The translations under genes and the position numbers were made by a program. A stretch of DNA of 64,000 nucleotides from Octopus sinensis (taxonomy: Eukaryota): positions 192,262,001 through 192,326,000 of the forward strand of contig NC_042998.1 in NCBI RefSeq assembly GCF_006345805.1, given 5' to 3'. Positions 51,560 to 63,640 of the stretch are shown here, piece after piece. A model generated the notes under the pieces. The model did no database searches, was not told where the DNA came from, and saw nothing but the letters and a program-made list of their open reading frames with translations. Numbering within the stretch: the stretch's first letter is position 1; each line of letters starts with the position of its first letter.

Positions 51560-51700
51560 GTTTGTTCATGCATTCAAGTGAACTCCATCCGCGGCACAGT
51601 TGTGCCTTGTAGAGCTGATATAACACCAGTGCAGGAGCAGGGTCTGTCATAAAGTAAACAAAGTAGAGCAGATGCCACAAGACATTCTCTTCGAAATTCT
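51560..51700 (-). mobile_element. Possible ancient LINE (CR1/Jockey-like) remnant
   Basis: LVLYQLYKAQL resembles the LYKAQxRPxMEY motif of post-RT regions; short and weak. Confidence 0.25.
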
Positions 51701-52045
51701 GACAGTTCTACAAATGCACTATTGTGTATTGGACTTTAATCCCACAGTATAACAAAACTATCAAGGAAGCAATGAAACTATCATCCCTATGTGGTAATGG
51801 AACCTCCTGGAAATAGCAGCCATTTCTCAACCAATTAACAATCTAACTCATTAGGAAAGATGTATTGGGCATAATTTTTAGACATGCTGTCATGATGGAA
51901 AGTTCATTCACCCCAGGTACCTTAGAGCTTATCAGGAACTAATTAATAACTACGAGAGCACACTAATCTTCAGTCTTTGTATCCATCATGCTTCATGAAG
52001 TAAACTAATTATCTCTGACAAAATTTTAGGATTATCATCATTATA

Positions 52046-52505
52046 GGCGTAGGAGTGGCTGTGTGGTAAGTAGCTTGCTTACCAACCACATGGTTCCGTA
52101 TTCAATCCCACTGCGTGGCACTTTCGGCAAGTGTCTTCTACTATAGCCTCGGGCCGGCCAAAGCCTTGTGAGTGGATTTGGTAGACGGAAACTGATATAA
52201 GGTCATCCACGTATATATGTATATATGTATATATATATGTGTGTGTGTGTGAGAGTGTGTGTATGTTTGTATGTGTGAGTGTGTGTATGTTTGTGTGTCT
52301 GTGCTTGTCCCCCAACATCGCTTGACAACCGATGCTGGTGTGTTTACGTCCCCGTGACTTAGCGGTTCGGCAAAAGAGACCGATAGAATAAGTATTAGGC
52401 TTACAAAGAATAAGTCCTGGGGTCGATTTGCTCGACTAAAGGTGGTGCTCCAGCATGGCCATAGTCATATTGACTGGAACAAGTAAAAGACTAAAGAGTA
52501 AAGAG
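52046..52505 (+). mobile_element. tRNA-derived SINE family B, full length
   Basis: Head GGCGTAGGAGTGGCTGTGTGGTAAG...TTCAATCCC, internal (TA)/(TG) microsatellite, 3' AAAAGAG repeats. Confidence 0.9.
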
Positions 52506-53229
52506 TATACTTATGTGTGTATATAAAATGATAAACTGCTTGACTCGTGAACAAGTCAAACAAAATATTTAGCAGTATTTTGTCCAGCTCTTATCGATAT
52601 GAGTTGACATTCCACCGAGGCCGCCTTTACCTTTCATCATTTCAGGGTCAATCAAATAAGCACCAGTTGAATACAAAGGCCGATGTATTCGACTCAGCCC
52701 GTTCTCTAAATTTGCTGGCCTTGTGCCAAAATCTGAGAACATTATTACACGTACATGCCTAAAGACAGGAATTAAAAAATTCGGGAAATTTCACGTTCAT
52801 TTACCATGAGAAGTGTAGATCCCAAGATTTCTGCTCCTGTGAAGAAATGACGTTGGTACCAGCACATTTACTTCTTTCTTTTCTCTCAGACGAAGAGCAA
52901 GTCCCGAAGCATTAACATTTTACTCCTTACCGCTAATCAACTTTTGACCTCCCTTAAACTTACTCATTAAATGGTTTTTGCTGACACAAAGCACAACTAT
53001 TTTTCTCTGATTCTAGAATGTATCCTTAAGCAGTAATATTATATATATATCTATTTTGTACAGTAATTTGAAGAACATAAACTTATCAGTTATAGCCATT
53101 TATGACGGAGATAATGAAAATCGTCACAATTTACCGTTTCAAACGATGTTTATCGTCTAGGTGGACATACTTACAAACTCACAAAAATTATATCCATATA
53201 AGTAATTAATTAAGTATATGAATAACTAT

Positions 53230-53390
53230 TAAACAGGTTCGAAATTTCCCCAAGACACCTGAAGAAGGTTGGAGAGTATATCAGCCGAAACGTTGTGTTA
53301 ACAACAAACAAGATGAGGAAAAATATCTGTCGAATGTAAATAATGTAAATAATGTACATAATTCCTCATCTCTTAAATATAGAACTATAT
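53230..53390 (+). mobile_element. Putative PLE pseudo-LTR repeat
   Basis: Carries canonical-core minimal hammerhead at 53254-53299. Confidence 0.6.
53254..53299 (+). ncRNA. Minimal type-I hammerhead ribozyme motif, canonical core
   Basis: GACAC-CTGAAGA-A-GGTTG-GAGAGTATAT-CAGCC-GAA-ACGT-T-GTGTT. Confidence 0.7.
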
Positions 53391-53814
53391 CGTCCATCTT
53401 TGTTTTGCACAGCCTACATTACTGTCAACTGATGACCTTTCTCTTTCATGCCCTAAGCACTTGGTGAGGTTTTTCTGTTCCTGAATTGCATGGAAATAAC
53501 TTTCAAGGTGGGATGTTATGAACTTGTCGGAACTCCATGTTTCAGGTTCTCCTATGGTTTATCAGCTATTTGGTCTGTGTTTTTCGTCAAAAGTATCCAT
53601 ACACGGGCTTCCCGGTGAATTGATTTTTTTTTTAGATCATTGAATAGTCTACCAATGTTCCTGAGAGAGGGATTTGTAGCAGGTTTTATTTCATGCCTCT
53701 TTTCTAGATCTGTGGCTATCTTAACAATATTATTATTTTCATGCTCATAAACCTGAGCTTGATGGTTGCTGAGCTTTTTTTACTTCTATTGAAGAAATTG
53801 CATTTGTGTTATTA

Positions 53815-54245
53815 CTTGTATGTATGTATGTATGTATGTATGTATGTATGTATGTATGTATGTATTATGTGTGCATGTATGCATGTATGTACTTATGTAT
53901 GTATGCATGTATTATGTATGTCTATGTATGTATGTGTATACGGTTGTACGTATGAATTTATGTATGTATGTGTATATGTATGTGTATGTAAGTGTGTATG
54001 TGTATGTATATATATATATATTATGTATCTGTGTGTGTGTGTATGTATATATATTATGCATCTGTGTGTGTATGTATGTATGTATGTGTGTATGTATGTA
54101 TGTGTGTATCTATGTATGCGTGTATGTATGTGTGCATATATGTATGTATGTGTTTATGTATGTATTTGTGTATGTAAGTACGTAGGTATGTATGTATGTA
54201 TGTGCGTATATGTTTGTGTGTATTTGTGTATGTATTTATGTTTGT
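53815..54245. repeat. (ATGT)n/(GT)n degenerate microsatellite
   Basis: Direct inspection. Confidence 0.9.
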
Positions 54246-54453
54246 ATGTCATTCAGTCTTATTTCAAGATTTCTTGCCAATTGAGAAAAAACCGGTTTCT
54301 AACCTAGCTCCAAGGCTCCTTCAGTGGATTTTAGGCATGAACAACAGGTTATTTTTTTTATGCATGTATATATACGTGCAGATTTGTATGTTTTGTTTTA
54401 TGTAAGTCTTTTCATGCATATATTTGCATATTTAGACCTACTCATATATACCT

Positions 54454-54981
54454 AAACGATAAACTTCTGGAAAGTTTTACAGATTTTTACAGTTCCAGTG
54501 ATGGCTTGGAACTGTAGCCTTCGAATTAGCTTTCTCCTTTCTGGTTTAAGAAACCTAATTTCTAAAGATTGGTATTTAGGCAGTGTGTTTACATATCCCA
54601 CTGCCTCAATAATTACAGGTATAAACCTGAACTTATAATGTGAATATAGTAACTTCAGTTTCCTCAATAGTTCAGCATGGATATTCTTTTTTTCCCTGAG
54701 ATTCAGATTTTATGTCAACATCTGCTGGGCAGCTGATTTCCACAACTGGGCTACTGATTTCTCTTCTCTATCCCAAATCATTATATCAGGTCTTTTCTGT
54801 TTATATTTTATTAAGATATTCACTGGGACAATCCACCAGTATTCCTTTCTATTGAGTGGACATGGCTTCCACTATACTATTGGTTCTTATTTCTTTATCC
54901 TCGTAGTTAGGTTTTCGACGAATCTCGCTATACAGTGTTCTAATTACATCAAGTCTCATTGGTAGATAATATCGTGATGAC

Positions 54982-54985
<4 letters not shown>
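54454..54985 (-). mobile_element. REL-type LINE 3' fragment, same family as 43560-44560
   Basis: CPADVDIK...YKFRFIPVIIEAVGYV...RRLQFQAITGTVKICKTFQKFIV*. Confidence 0.85.
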
Positions 54986-55012
<27 letters not shown>

Positions 55013-55319
55013 TGTATATATGTATCAATAATAAAGTGATTGTTTCTTATCAGGAACAAAATGTTTAATAGGACTGCTATAGAAGTTCTCAATTAAATGA
55101 GACAAATATATTAAACTATGGTTGCAGAACAAACAAATATAAGGTCATCCTCGTAACATTTCATATCTCGAACATTTAATCACATGATGCTTTTTCTTTC
55201 ACATAGAATATACATGTATAACATCACGGAAGACGAAACACAACTCATGTTCGAGATATGAAATGCTACGTGGATGACCTTATATCTGTTTGTTCTGCAA
55301 TCATTGTTTAATATATTTG

Positions 55320-55485
55320 TATGAATGTATGTATGTATGTATGTATGTATGTATGTATGTATGTATGTATGTATGTATGTATGCATGTATGCATGTATGT
55401 ATGTATGTATGTATGTATGTATGTATGTATGCATGCATGTATGTATGTGTGTGAGTATATATATATATATATATATATATATTCT
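55320..55485. repeat. (ATGT)n then (AT)n microsatellite
   Basis: Direct inspection. Confidence 0.95.
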
Positions 55486-56214
55486 TGATTGGTTCCCCTA
55501 CGTCGTATGTAATCTGAGGTTACGATAGAAATCATTCACTCAAGGCGATGTACTGTAAACTCGAACTTCTGACTACGTGTTTGCAATGGAAAACTGTTTA
55601 ACCACACAGCAATACATGCACAGTGATTTAATAATTACCTAAGTGGGACATATCCTTCTCACTCGTCTCTGTAAAACATCTTTGCTACAATTCAGTGGTT
55701 GAAACCAGTAAAATAGTAAGACATGTCTTAATATATTAACTTCAAAGATCTCGTGAATAACTTTGATCAATGATGCAACTTCAGTTAATGATTGGTCTCT
55801 ATACCAAAATGTCAAAAGCCAAACTTTACTAAGGATTACATCTTCACTCATTGGCTCTTACCATAAGATGTATCAATTTTTATCAGGAGTTCTAGATGTA
55901 TTTATTTCTTTCTGTAACGTATATTTCCTACTATTTATTTCATTGGATATTCCAATTTACTTTCGATGCCATTGATCAAATATGATCAAATTACACTTAG
56001 GGTGAAAATCAAAGTTTTATTGCATTATGGATTCTCCTGTCGTATATCCTCGCCAAGATAATATAGTCTCCTTCGATTGCGACGCCACTAAACAACAACA
56101 GTAATTTTCGCCTGTAAAACCAAAGGAATTTATGAGAAATATTAAATCTTTATACATTTATTCACTGATTACATTAGCATTCCTGACAAGTTTATACGCT
56201 TGGTAACTTTGAAA

Positions 56215-56635
56215 AATATATACATATATGTGTGTGTGTGTATGTATATATGAATATATGTGTGTATATGTATGTATATATGTGTGTGTGTGTATGTATA
56301 TATGAATATGTGTGTGTGTCTGTATGTATATGTGTGTGTGCATTCATGCTTTCATGTATGTATGTATGTATGTTTGTGTATGTGAGTACTTATGTTTGTG
56401 TGTCTGTATGTACATATATTTTCTCACGCATTCACGTACATATATACATACATACATATTTACATACATGCATACGTACATACATACATACACACATACA
56501 TACATACATACATACATATATACATACATACATACATGCATGCATACATACATACGTACGTACGTACATACATACGTACACACATACATACATACATACA
56601 TACATACATACATACATACATAATACATACATACA

Positions 56636-56665
<30 letters not shown>
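56215..56665. repeat. (GT/ATGT)n followed by (ACAT)n
   Basis: Direct inspection; repeat polarity switches near 56420. Confidence 0.9.
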
Positions 56666-56668
<3 letters not shown>

Positions 56669-58649
56669 CACCACGGTAATTTCCGAAAGAATTTAATTTC
56701 TGTGTATATTTCTGATTCTTTAATCTTCTAACAAGTTAACCAATAGATATGGATTTACTTCCATTTCGATTTTCTATTGATCATCTTCATTCAAAGGTAG
56801 TATCGGTCATGTACTGGCAACGATAATGCCAATTCTGTTTGGATCTATTTTTGACTCCCTAACGCTAGACTTAGTTCATAATTGTAAGCCCCCCTAACGC
56901 TTTATGTCAAGCTGATCTGAGCTTGTTCATACAAAGTAGCCTTTATTTTCGACAAATATATTGATGCTTCTACATCGGTTCTGAATCAAAAGCTGGATTA
57001 ACTTTAAGTGAAGCTATTTATACCAGTGATGGTGCGGTATTCATAATAGTCTCTACGAGCTCGTCTTCCTTTTGGTGAAAACAATTAAGAAATATTCTCT
57101 ACGCTTTACTCACTCCCTTTCTTCTCTCGGTTATCATCTGCTGCTGCAATTTTGAATTGAATTACTTAAATTTCTTGCTAAATTATAGAACTAATTCAAC
57201 TATATGTCTACCTATTTACGTCACTTATCTAATTAAAACATGTTTTCGTTACCAACAAAACAGTGGTGGTTAATTTTAAAACTAAAACAATTTTGTTTGC
57301 GCATATTGTATTTTATTCTACTTGTATTTGAAAACAGTTCTGAGATATCGGCTGCATTTGTTTGAGATCATTAATTCATTAAATGGTTTCAAAAACATTG
57401 ATCATAGAAAACATGGGAAAATAAAATCTGGTATTCCTATATTTGCCTTCGAGCTTGTCATTTATATACAACTCTTTATCACTTGGAAATTGAAAACATG
57501 AGCTATGCAGCATCTGTCACCACTAAACGAGATTGAAGGATATTGAAAATGGATAAATATTTAAGGTTAAAAAACATACAAAAGGAATCTACGTCGAAAG
57601 GTAGCTTTAGAAAACAAAATTATATATCACGGGTTATTAGGGACCCTAACTGAAAATTGAGTGGAAGATGGATGAATCACCCAACGTAATGTTCATAAAT
57701 TTAGACTTCTCTAGATAAAATATTTCAAATGAGTATTGTCCATATTACATTTCTTCAACAAAATTTTAAATGTTATAATTTTGTGTGAGAGTCTTTAACA
57801 AATTGTTGGTCTGAAACGCCGCCCGAGGTAACATCGCGCTAGCAAGGGAGCTTGGTCAGACAACTAGGGGGAAGCATGGCTTATATGCAGTAATTAGACA
57901 TGCTATAGAAAAAGCCGTAAAATCGCCCTGAAATAACGCTCTCTTATTTTTAATATATATGGATTCATTTGTTAGTGTAATCTCTGAAGACACACAAAGA
58001 GAACACGGTCATATCAGCAATATCTTTAATTATAAGTCTGTCTAATCAGATAGTAGCTATAATACTCGGTCCTTGGGTTCTTTTAGCGGAATTCAATATG
58101 TTGCGAGTATTCTAGCTGGGACCACAAAAGTCCCCGTCAAATGAAATAAGTTCCGGTTACAAAAAACTAACATCATTAATACAGTTTCTATATTCTTTCG
58201 GCACGAACTAATTTATTTTACATCCAAACTAATAACTTAAAGGTCAGATGATGTTTTGTTTTCTCCCTGACATTAGTTACTTACATTGGTAAATAACGTG
58301 TCTACTTGTTTTCTCCCTGACAATGGTAAATAACGTGTCTATGCTATCACATAAGCAGCATTTACGTTACAGTCATTTCCGTATTAGAATTTTTATATGA
58401 ACATAAAGAGAATTTACAAATTAAATTTTTCGGAGTAAAATTATTTGGAAAATATTAAAAGTATTTCGGTATCTAGGTTCAAAAAAGAAAATACTTCGAC
58501 GTTCTTTCAGAAATATTTTACAACAAACACATTCTGATAAATCTTATTCGAAAAGGAAAAGTAAAAATTCTATATCTAAGAGATGAGGAATTATGTACAT
58601 TATTTTCATTATTTACAAAATTTCCACTCCGAAAGCATACTCGTCACTC

Positions 58650-59170
58650 CAATTATGAAGAAAAGAGTGGATGAAACCGATAAACTGTCCACAGTCTGTC
58701 TACCCTATGCCTGTATCTCTGAAAAGATACAAGAGATATGCGGCGCATATGACATCAGGACAGTATTCAAAAGTAATACAACAATTCGCAAATATCTCCT
58801 TCGAGTAAAACCACCAATAGAAGAGAATATGACCAAGAACTGCGTGTACTCCATCCCATGCAGCTGTGGTAGTTTATACAAAGGCGAAACATGCTGCCCC
58901 CTCAAAATAAAGGTAGACGAACATCGCAAAGCTGTGACACAAGGAGATATTGATAAATCGGGTATAGCTGATCATGTATGGAAATATGGAGAACACCTCC
59001 CCCTGTGTGATGAAGTTAAAATAATAGACAGAGAACACCACTGGAAAATACGAAAACTAAAAGAAGCAGCACATGCTAGGACACGACAACCGCCTAAGCA
59101 GACCGAGTGCAGACATGAACAGCATATGGGTATTAAGGAAGGATAGGAGAATATTAGATTTATAAGCCCT
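58650..59170 (+). mobile_element. Penelope-like element, GIY-YIG endonuclease C-terminal fragment
   Basis: CLPY...IRTVFK...VYSIPCSCGSLYKGET...EHRKAV...SGIADHVW...VKIIDREHHWKIRKLKEAAH matches the PLE GIY-YIG pattern. Confidence 0.88.
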
Positions 59171-59194
59171 AACATTCAATCCATAATTGCCCAC

Positions 59195-59270
59195 GGGCAT
59201 AAGGTGTAGTGGTTAAGAGCGTGGGCTACTAACCCCAAGATTCCGAATTCGATTCCAGGCAGTAACCTGA
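59195..59270 (+). mobile_element. tRNA-like SINE head (not a tRNA gene)
   Basis: A box AGGTGTAGTGGTTAAG, anticodon-like stem GTGGG/CCCCA, B-box-like GAATTCGATTCC; no acceptor stem. Confidence 0.6.
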
Positions 59271-59325
59271 ATAATGATAACAACAATAATAACAATAACA
59301 ATACTACTACTACTACTACTACTAC

Positions 59326-59362
<37 letters not shown>

Positions 59363-59366
<4 letters not shown>

Positions 59367-59918
59367 GCCCTGATGCAGTACCAGGCAGTGGCTCTCATGG
59401 CTTCTGATCTTAACTGATTGGAAGTGTTATCATGCACATTGTTTTGTCTTGGTATAAAAGATGGGCTACAGCAAATATTCTGCTCAATACCACAGATTTG
59501 CTTGTCAGTTGTTTGACTTTAACAGTTGAGCATATCCCTTAGTGGCTGACGATATGTGCATCTCTGATCACGAGCAGAAGTAGTGGGGGAGCATCATAGC
59601 CGTGTGTTGAGAGAATTCTTGGGGTTTAATAATTCACCTCTGGAAACATGGGTGGTTCTTTCAACATCCTTAAAACACCCTTATTCAGGGACCTTTTGAG
59701 CGGGATGGGCTACTCAACCAGAAGAAATTTCTAACTGGGCCCCACCTGCAAGGTCATGTGCTGTTTATCTTTTTATGAGATCACCATGTCGCGCACATAT
59801 GGTTGTGATGCATGTGCCTGGTGTACCCTTATCAGACGGGTAGTCATGATGGGTATATTGGGCTTCGTATATTTTACCCCAGTGTCACTTTGATGGCATG
59901 AACTGCTCTCTCACTCAA
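59363..59918. other. GC-richer ~555-bp segment bounded by (AAT)n on both sides, probably a retroelement-derived repeat
   Basis: Sharp composition change; flanked by (AAT)n at 59270-59362 and 59917-59945; no ORF. Confidence 0.45.
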
Positions 59919-59974
59919 TAATAATAATAATAATAATAATAATATATTTAATATTATTTCTTATTATTTATATA

Positions 59975-60205
59975 TTTCTTTACTACCCACAAGGGGCTAA
60001 ACACAGATGGGACAAACAAGGACAGACAAACGGATCAAGTCGATTACATCGACCCCAGTGCGTAACTGGTACTTAATTTATCGACCCCGAAAGGATGAAA
60101 GGCAAAGTCGACCTCGGCGGAATTTGAACACAGAACGTAACGGCAGTCGAAATACGGCCACGCATTTCGCCCGGCGTGCTTACGTTTCTGCCAGCTCGCC
60201 GCCTT
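59975..60205 (-). mobile_element. SINE family A within (AAT)n
   Basis: Full head and one body. Confidence 0.9.
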
Positions 60206-60749
60206 ATAATAATAATAATAATAATAATAATAGTAACAGTAACAACAACAACAGCAACAATAACAACATCGAAAAATACCTTAGGAATGAGAACCCATTT
60301 GATGTTTGTTATTAAACACTTCGTCTTACAATTAGTACAAGTATAGCTTTGCAATTAACATTATGCTTCATAATCACATGATTCCGCAATCGATTCCAAT
60401 AGCGCAGTAATTTGCAAAAGTATCTTGTAGTGCCATGGATCAGGTATACACGGAAATTGCCCCCAAGATATCACCTGATGTGATTTCTTGCCTATAGTTG
60501 TTCTTGTTTTCAAGATCAAATCCGTCACCCGGTTTAACACTACTTCTTGGTACCTTGGGTGCCCTTAACAGTCTTCACTTCATTACAAGAATTTAAACAA
60601 GCCAAATCTCCGGTTTCAGGATATTTTCCTCCTTCACTTCAACAATTATAAGTCGTCCTGCAAAATATCACGAGGGCTGCCTTTTTTTTATCTCATTTTA
60701 GAATTAAAACAAAAGGTAGCCATTAAAATCTATCAATACTTGATGAAGT

Positions 60750-61324
60750 CTTTTAGTATTTTAGTCTTTTACTTGTTTCAGTCATTTGACTGCGGCCATG
60801 CTGGAGCACCGCCTTTAGTCGAGCAAATCGACCCCGTGACTTATTCTTTGTAAGCCCAATACTTGTTCTGTCGGTCTCTTTTGCCGAACCGCTAAGTTAC
60901 GGGGACGTAAACACACCAGCATCGGTTGTCAAGCAATGCTAGGGGGACAAACACAGCCACACAAACACACACACACATACATATATACGACAGGCTTCTT
61001 TCAGTTTCCGTCTACCAAATCCACTCACAAGGCATTGGTCGGCCCGGGGCTATAGCAGAAGACACTTGCCCAAGATGTCACGCAATGGGACTGAACCCGG
61101 AACCATGTGGTTGGTAAACAAGCTACTTACCACACAGCCATATATATATATACATATATACGACGGGCTTCTTTCAGTTTCCATCTACCAAATCCACTCA
61201 CAAGGCATTGGTCGGCCCGGGGCTATAGTAGAAGACACTTGCCCAAGATGCCACGCAGTGGGACTGAACCCGGGACCATGTGGTTGGTTAGCAAGCTACT
61301 TACCACACAGCCACTCCTGCGGCT
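60750..61324 (-). mobile_element. SINE family B with duplicated head
   Basis: ~165-bp head region present at 60980-61140 and 61155-61320. Confidence 0.88.
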
Positions 61325-61801
61325 ATAGTGTTACAAAAATATGTTTCAGTGTTATTTTTTTCTTCTATTTACTTGCTTAAACTAAATGAAACTTGATAAA
61401 GATATTCTTCCGAGGCTATCCAACCGATATCTATGAAATTTACACCAGCTGAATCAATCAATGTATTTTTACCTCTAAAGACATGTGGCATTTTGCCAAT
61501 TGAAAAACAATCATTATTCTAGCTTTCACAAAAAGGTCAAAGCTGTCTTGACACAGAGGTATCCGAAAATGAGGGAATCGATGGAAGTTGAAGATCTCAT
61601 TTATTTCTTAATGTGACAAGATGTCTTAGCAATTGGAATGCTCGATTTGGAAACTTAACAGAAATAATTTTTAATCACATCCTCGTACATGCATACGTAC
61701 ATATATACAAATGAACATATACTAGTGTACATATATATAATATATATATACATAGACATATACAAGTGTATATATATAAAAGCCACACACGCACACACAT
61801 T

Positions 61802-61832
<31 letters not shown>

Positions 61833-61864
61833 ATCTATATGTGTATATATATAGATAGATAGAT

Positions 61865-61917
61865 AGATAAAACTTACTTGGAAAATGATACGTGGCGTTC
61901 ACTCATATAATAATATA

Positions 61918-62004
<87 letters not shown>

Positions 62005-62420
62005 ATGTATGTATGTATATATATATATATGCATATATACATACGTATGTGTACATACTTACATCTATACATATATACATATGCATATGTGGGCACAGGA
62101 CGTCACTGAACGTAAACAATATATAGGAACGAAAACATGAGATGCGAAATACGAATACATGCAATATGAATTTGTTTTGCAACAACGAAAGAAACAAATG
62201 GGAAAAAAAACAAGTAACATAACGAACGCCCCTTCATCAGTTGTTGGCTGTTTTTCTAGTCTCGTATTTCGAGCAATTCAACGTCAAGATACGCGTTCGA
62301 TAAAACAGTTTCTCCCGAAAAGCAAATTAAATAAAATTTGTGATTTTACAGAGGGTCAAAATTGGTAACAAAAACAGGACAGTGAAAACAAACAGGAAAG
62401 GCTGTTAAGCCTAATCTAGG
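61865..62420 (-). mobile_element. Third, diverged copy of the 4860-5335 family
   Basis: GATAAAACTTACTTGGAAAA end shared with 4720; GCAAATTAAATAAAATTTG and GGCTGTTAAGCC shared in reverse complement. Confidence 0.65.
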
Positions 62421-62504
62421 TGAGGTGGCGAACGTGAAGAAGCAAGCTTGGACAAGAGACAGACAAGAATGCGTCTAATTCATCAAGCTGAATCAGAGAG
62501 AAAG

Positions 62505-62520
62505 AGAGAAAGAGAGAGAG

Positions 62521-62563
<43 letters not shown>

Positions 62564-62565
62564 AA
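62505..62565. repeat. (GA)n/(GAAA)n microsatellite
   Basis: Direct inspection. Confidence 0.9.
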
Positions 62566-63049
62566 CACGAGTTAGGAAAAGAGAAAAGATGGCCGATGGT
62601 CGCGTGAAAGCTAGGAGAGAGCAAAGGAAGTAGAGTGAGGGAGAGAGGATGACAGACAGAGAACGGCGAAAGGGAGAGGAAAAGCAATGGAAAGTAAGTA
62701 AAAACGAAATCTCTAGCGTTCTGTTGATAGTGTTCAGGATTGATAGATGTTAGCAAATACTTCACTCACCATATCCATAAATTTAAAGTCTTACAACATT
62801 GAGGTAAGTCTGCTGGAATGTCAAATTTGTCCGGTCAAGATATCTTGCCAGATTGATTCTGTGATTGATTACTTGAAATTGATCAAGCTGTTTTGATACA
62901 GAAAGTTCTAGATAACATACTTTTAATCAATTTAAAAGAGACAAACATCGTTAGTAGCCGCGACTGAAGTGATACTGATAAAAGATATCAGAGGCATAAC
63001 TATTTCAATAAATAAGCAACAGCTATAATGACATCAATGAGAACATCTT

Positions 63050-63640
63050 TCGTTTTTGGATTTTGTTTGCAAGATTCTTTATATGAGTTCGTGTGTTGAA
63101 GCATATTCTATTGTGTCTGGGGTGAGTCATTTTCTTTTTGTGCCTTATAATGTAACACACTCACTGGTAAAATTTCCACTTATTTCTTATTTTTATTTTC
63201 CTAAAATTTTCGTTGCGTCTTGCAACCTTTACAATAGTCTTGACTCTCAGATTTTGTGTATAGCTTGGAGGAGATGCATGTTTTAATGAAGTGGAGGTGT
63301 TGGGTAGCTATCTTAATTTTTAGACAGCAGAACACGGTGTTTCTCAATGTCTAGGTAGCTTGGCTAAAGCTTATTATATTTCGTTTTGGGATTTGGTTTT
63401 CAAGATTCTTTATATGAGTTCGTGTGTTGAAGCATATTCTATTATGTCTGGGGAGAGTCATTTTCTTTTTGTGCCTTATAATATAACGCACTCACCGGTA
63501 AAGTTTCCCCCTTTTTTTTTTCTAAAATTTTCGTTGCATCTTGCAACCTTTTCAAAAGAAAAAAGTGGAAACTTTACCGGTGAGTGTGCTATATTACAAG
63601 GCACAAAAAGAAAATTACTCTCCACAGACACAAGAGAATG
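63050..63640 (-). mobile_element. Family H1 cluster: two tandem copies (63050-63245, 63380-63556) plus inverted partial copy (63557-63640)
   Basis: CAAGATTCTTTATATGAGTTCGTGTGTTGAAGCATATTC repeated about 330 bp apart; 63560-63635 is the reverse complement of about 63440-63515. Confidence 0.75.

Noticed and set aside
176-56696. Dozens of ORFs rich in YI, CV, MYVC, HTYI or ER repeats (for example 176-730, 18191-18925, 49083-49535, 53741-54307)
   Set aside because: Translations of microsatellites that lack stops in some frames; no domain motifs
57980-58015. CTGAAGA...GAACACGGTC resembling a hammerhead
   Set aside because: No stem II or stem I pairing and GAAA is absent
58255-58340. Short tandem duplication (TTGTTTTCTCCCTGACA and TGGTAAATAACGTGTCTA each twice); also a 13-bp repeat at about 5555-5580
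   Set aside because: Ordinary slippage-type micro-duplications with no further structure
58583-58654. Upstream extension of ORF 58583-59146
   Set aside because: AT-rich flank in frame by chance; PLE similarity begins only near 58655
3223-59270. tRNA-gene-like sequences at 3223, 16749, 30150, 35433, 52046, 59195
   Set aside because: A/B boxes are present but acceptor stems do not pair and they continue into SINE bodies
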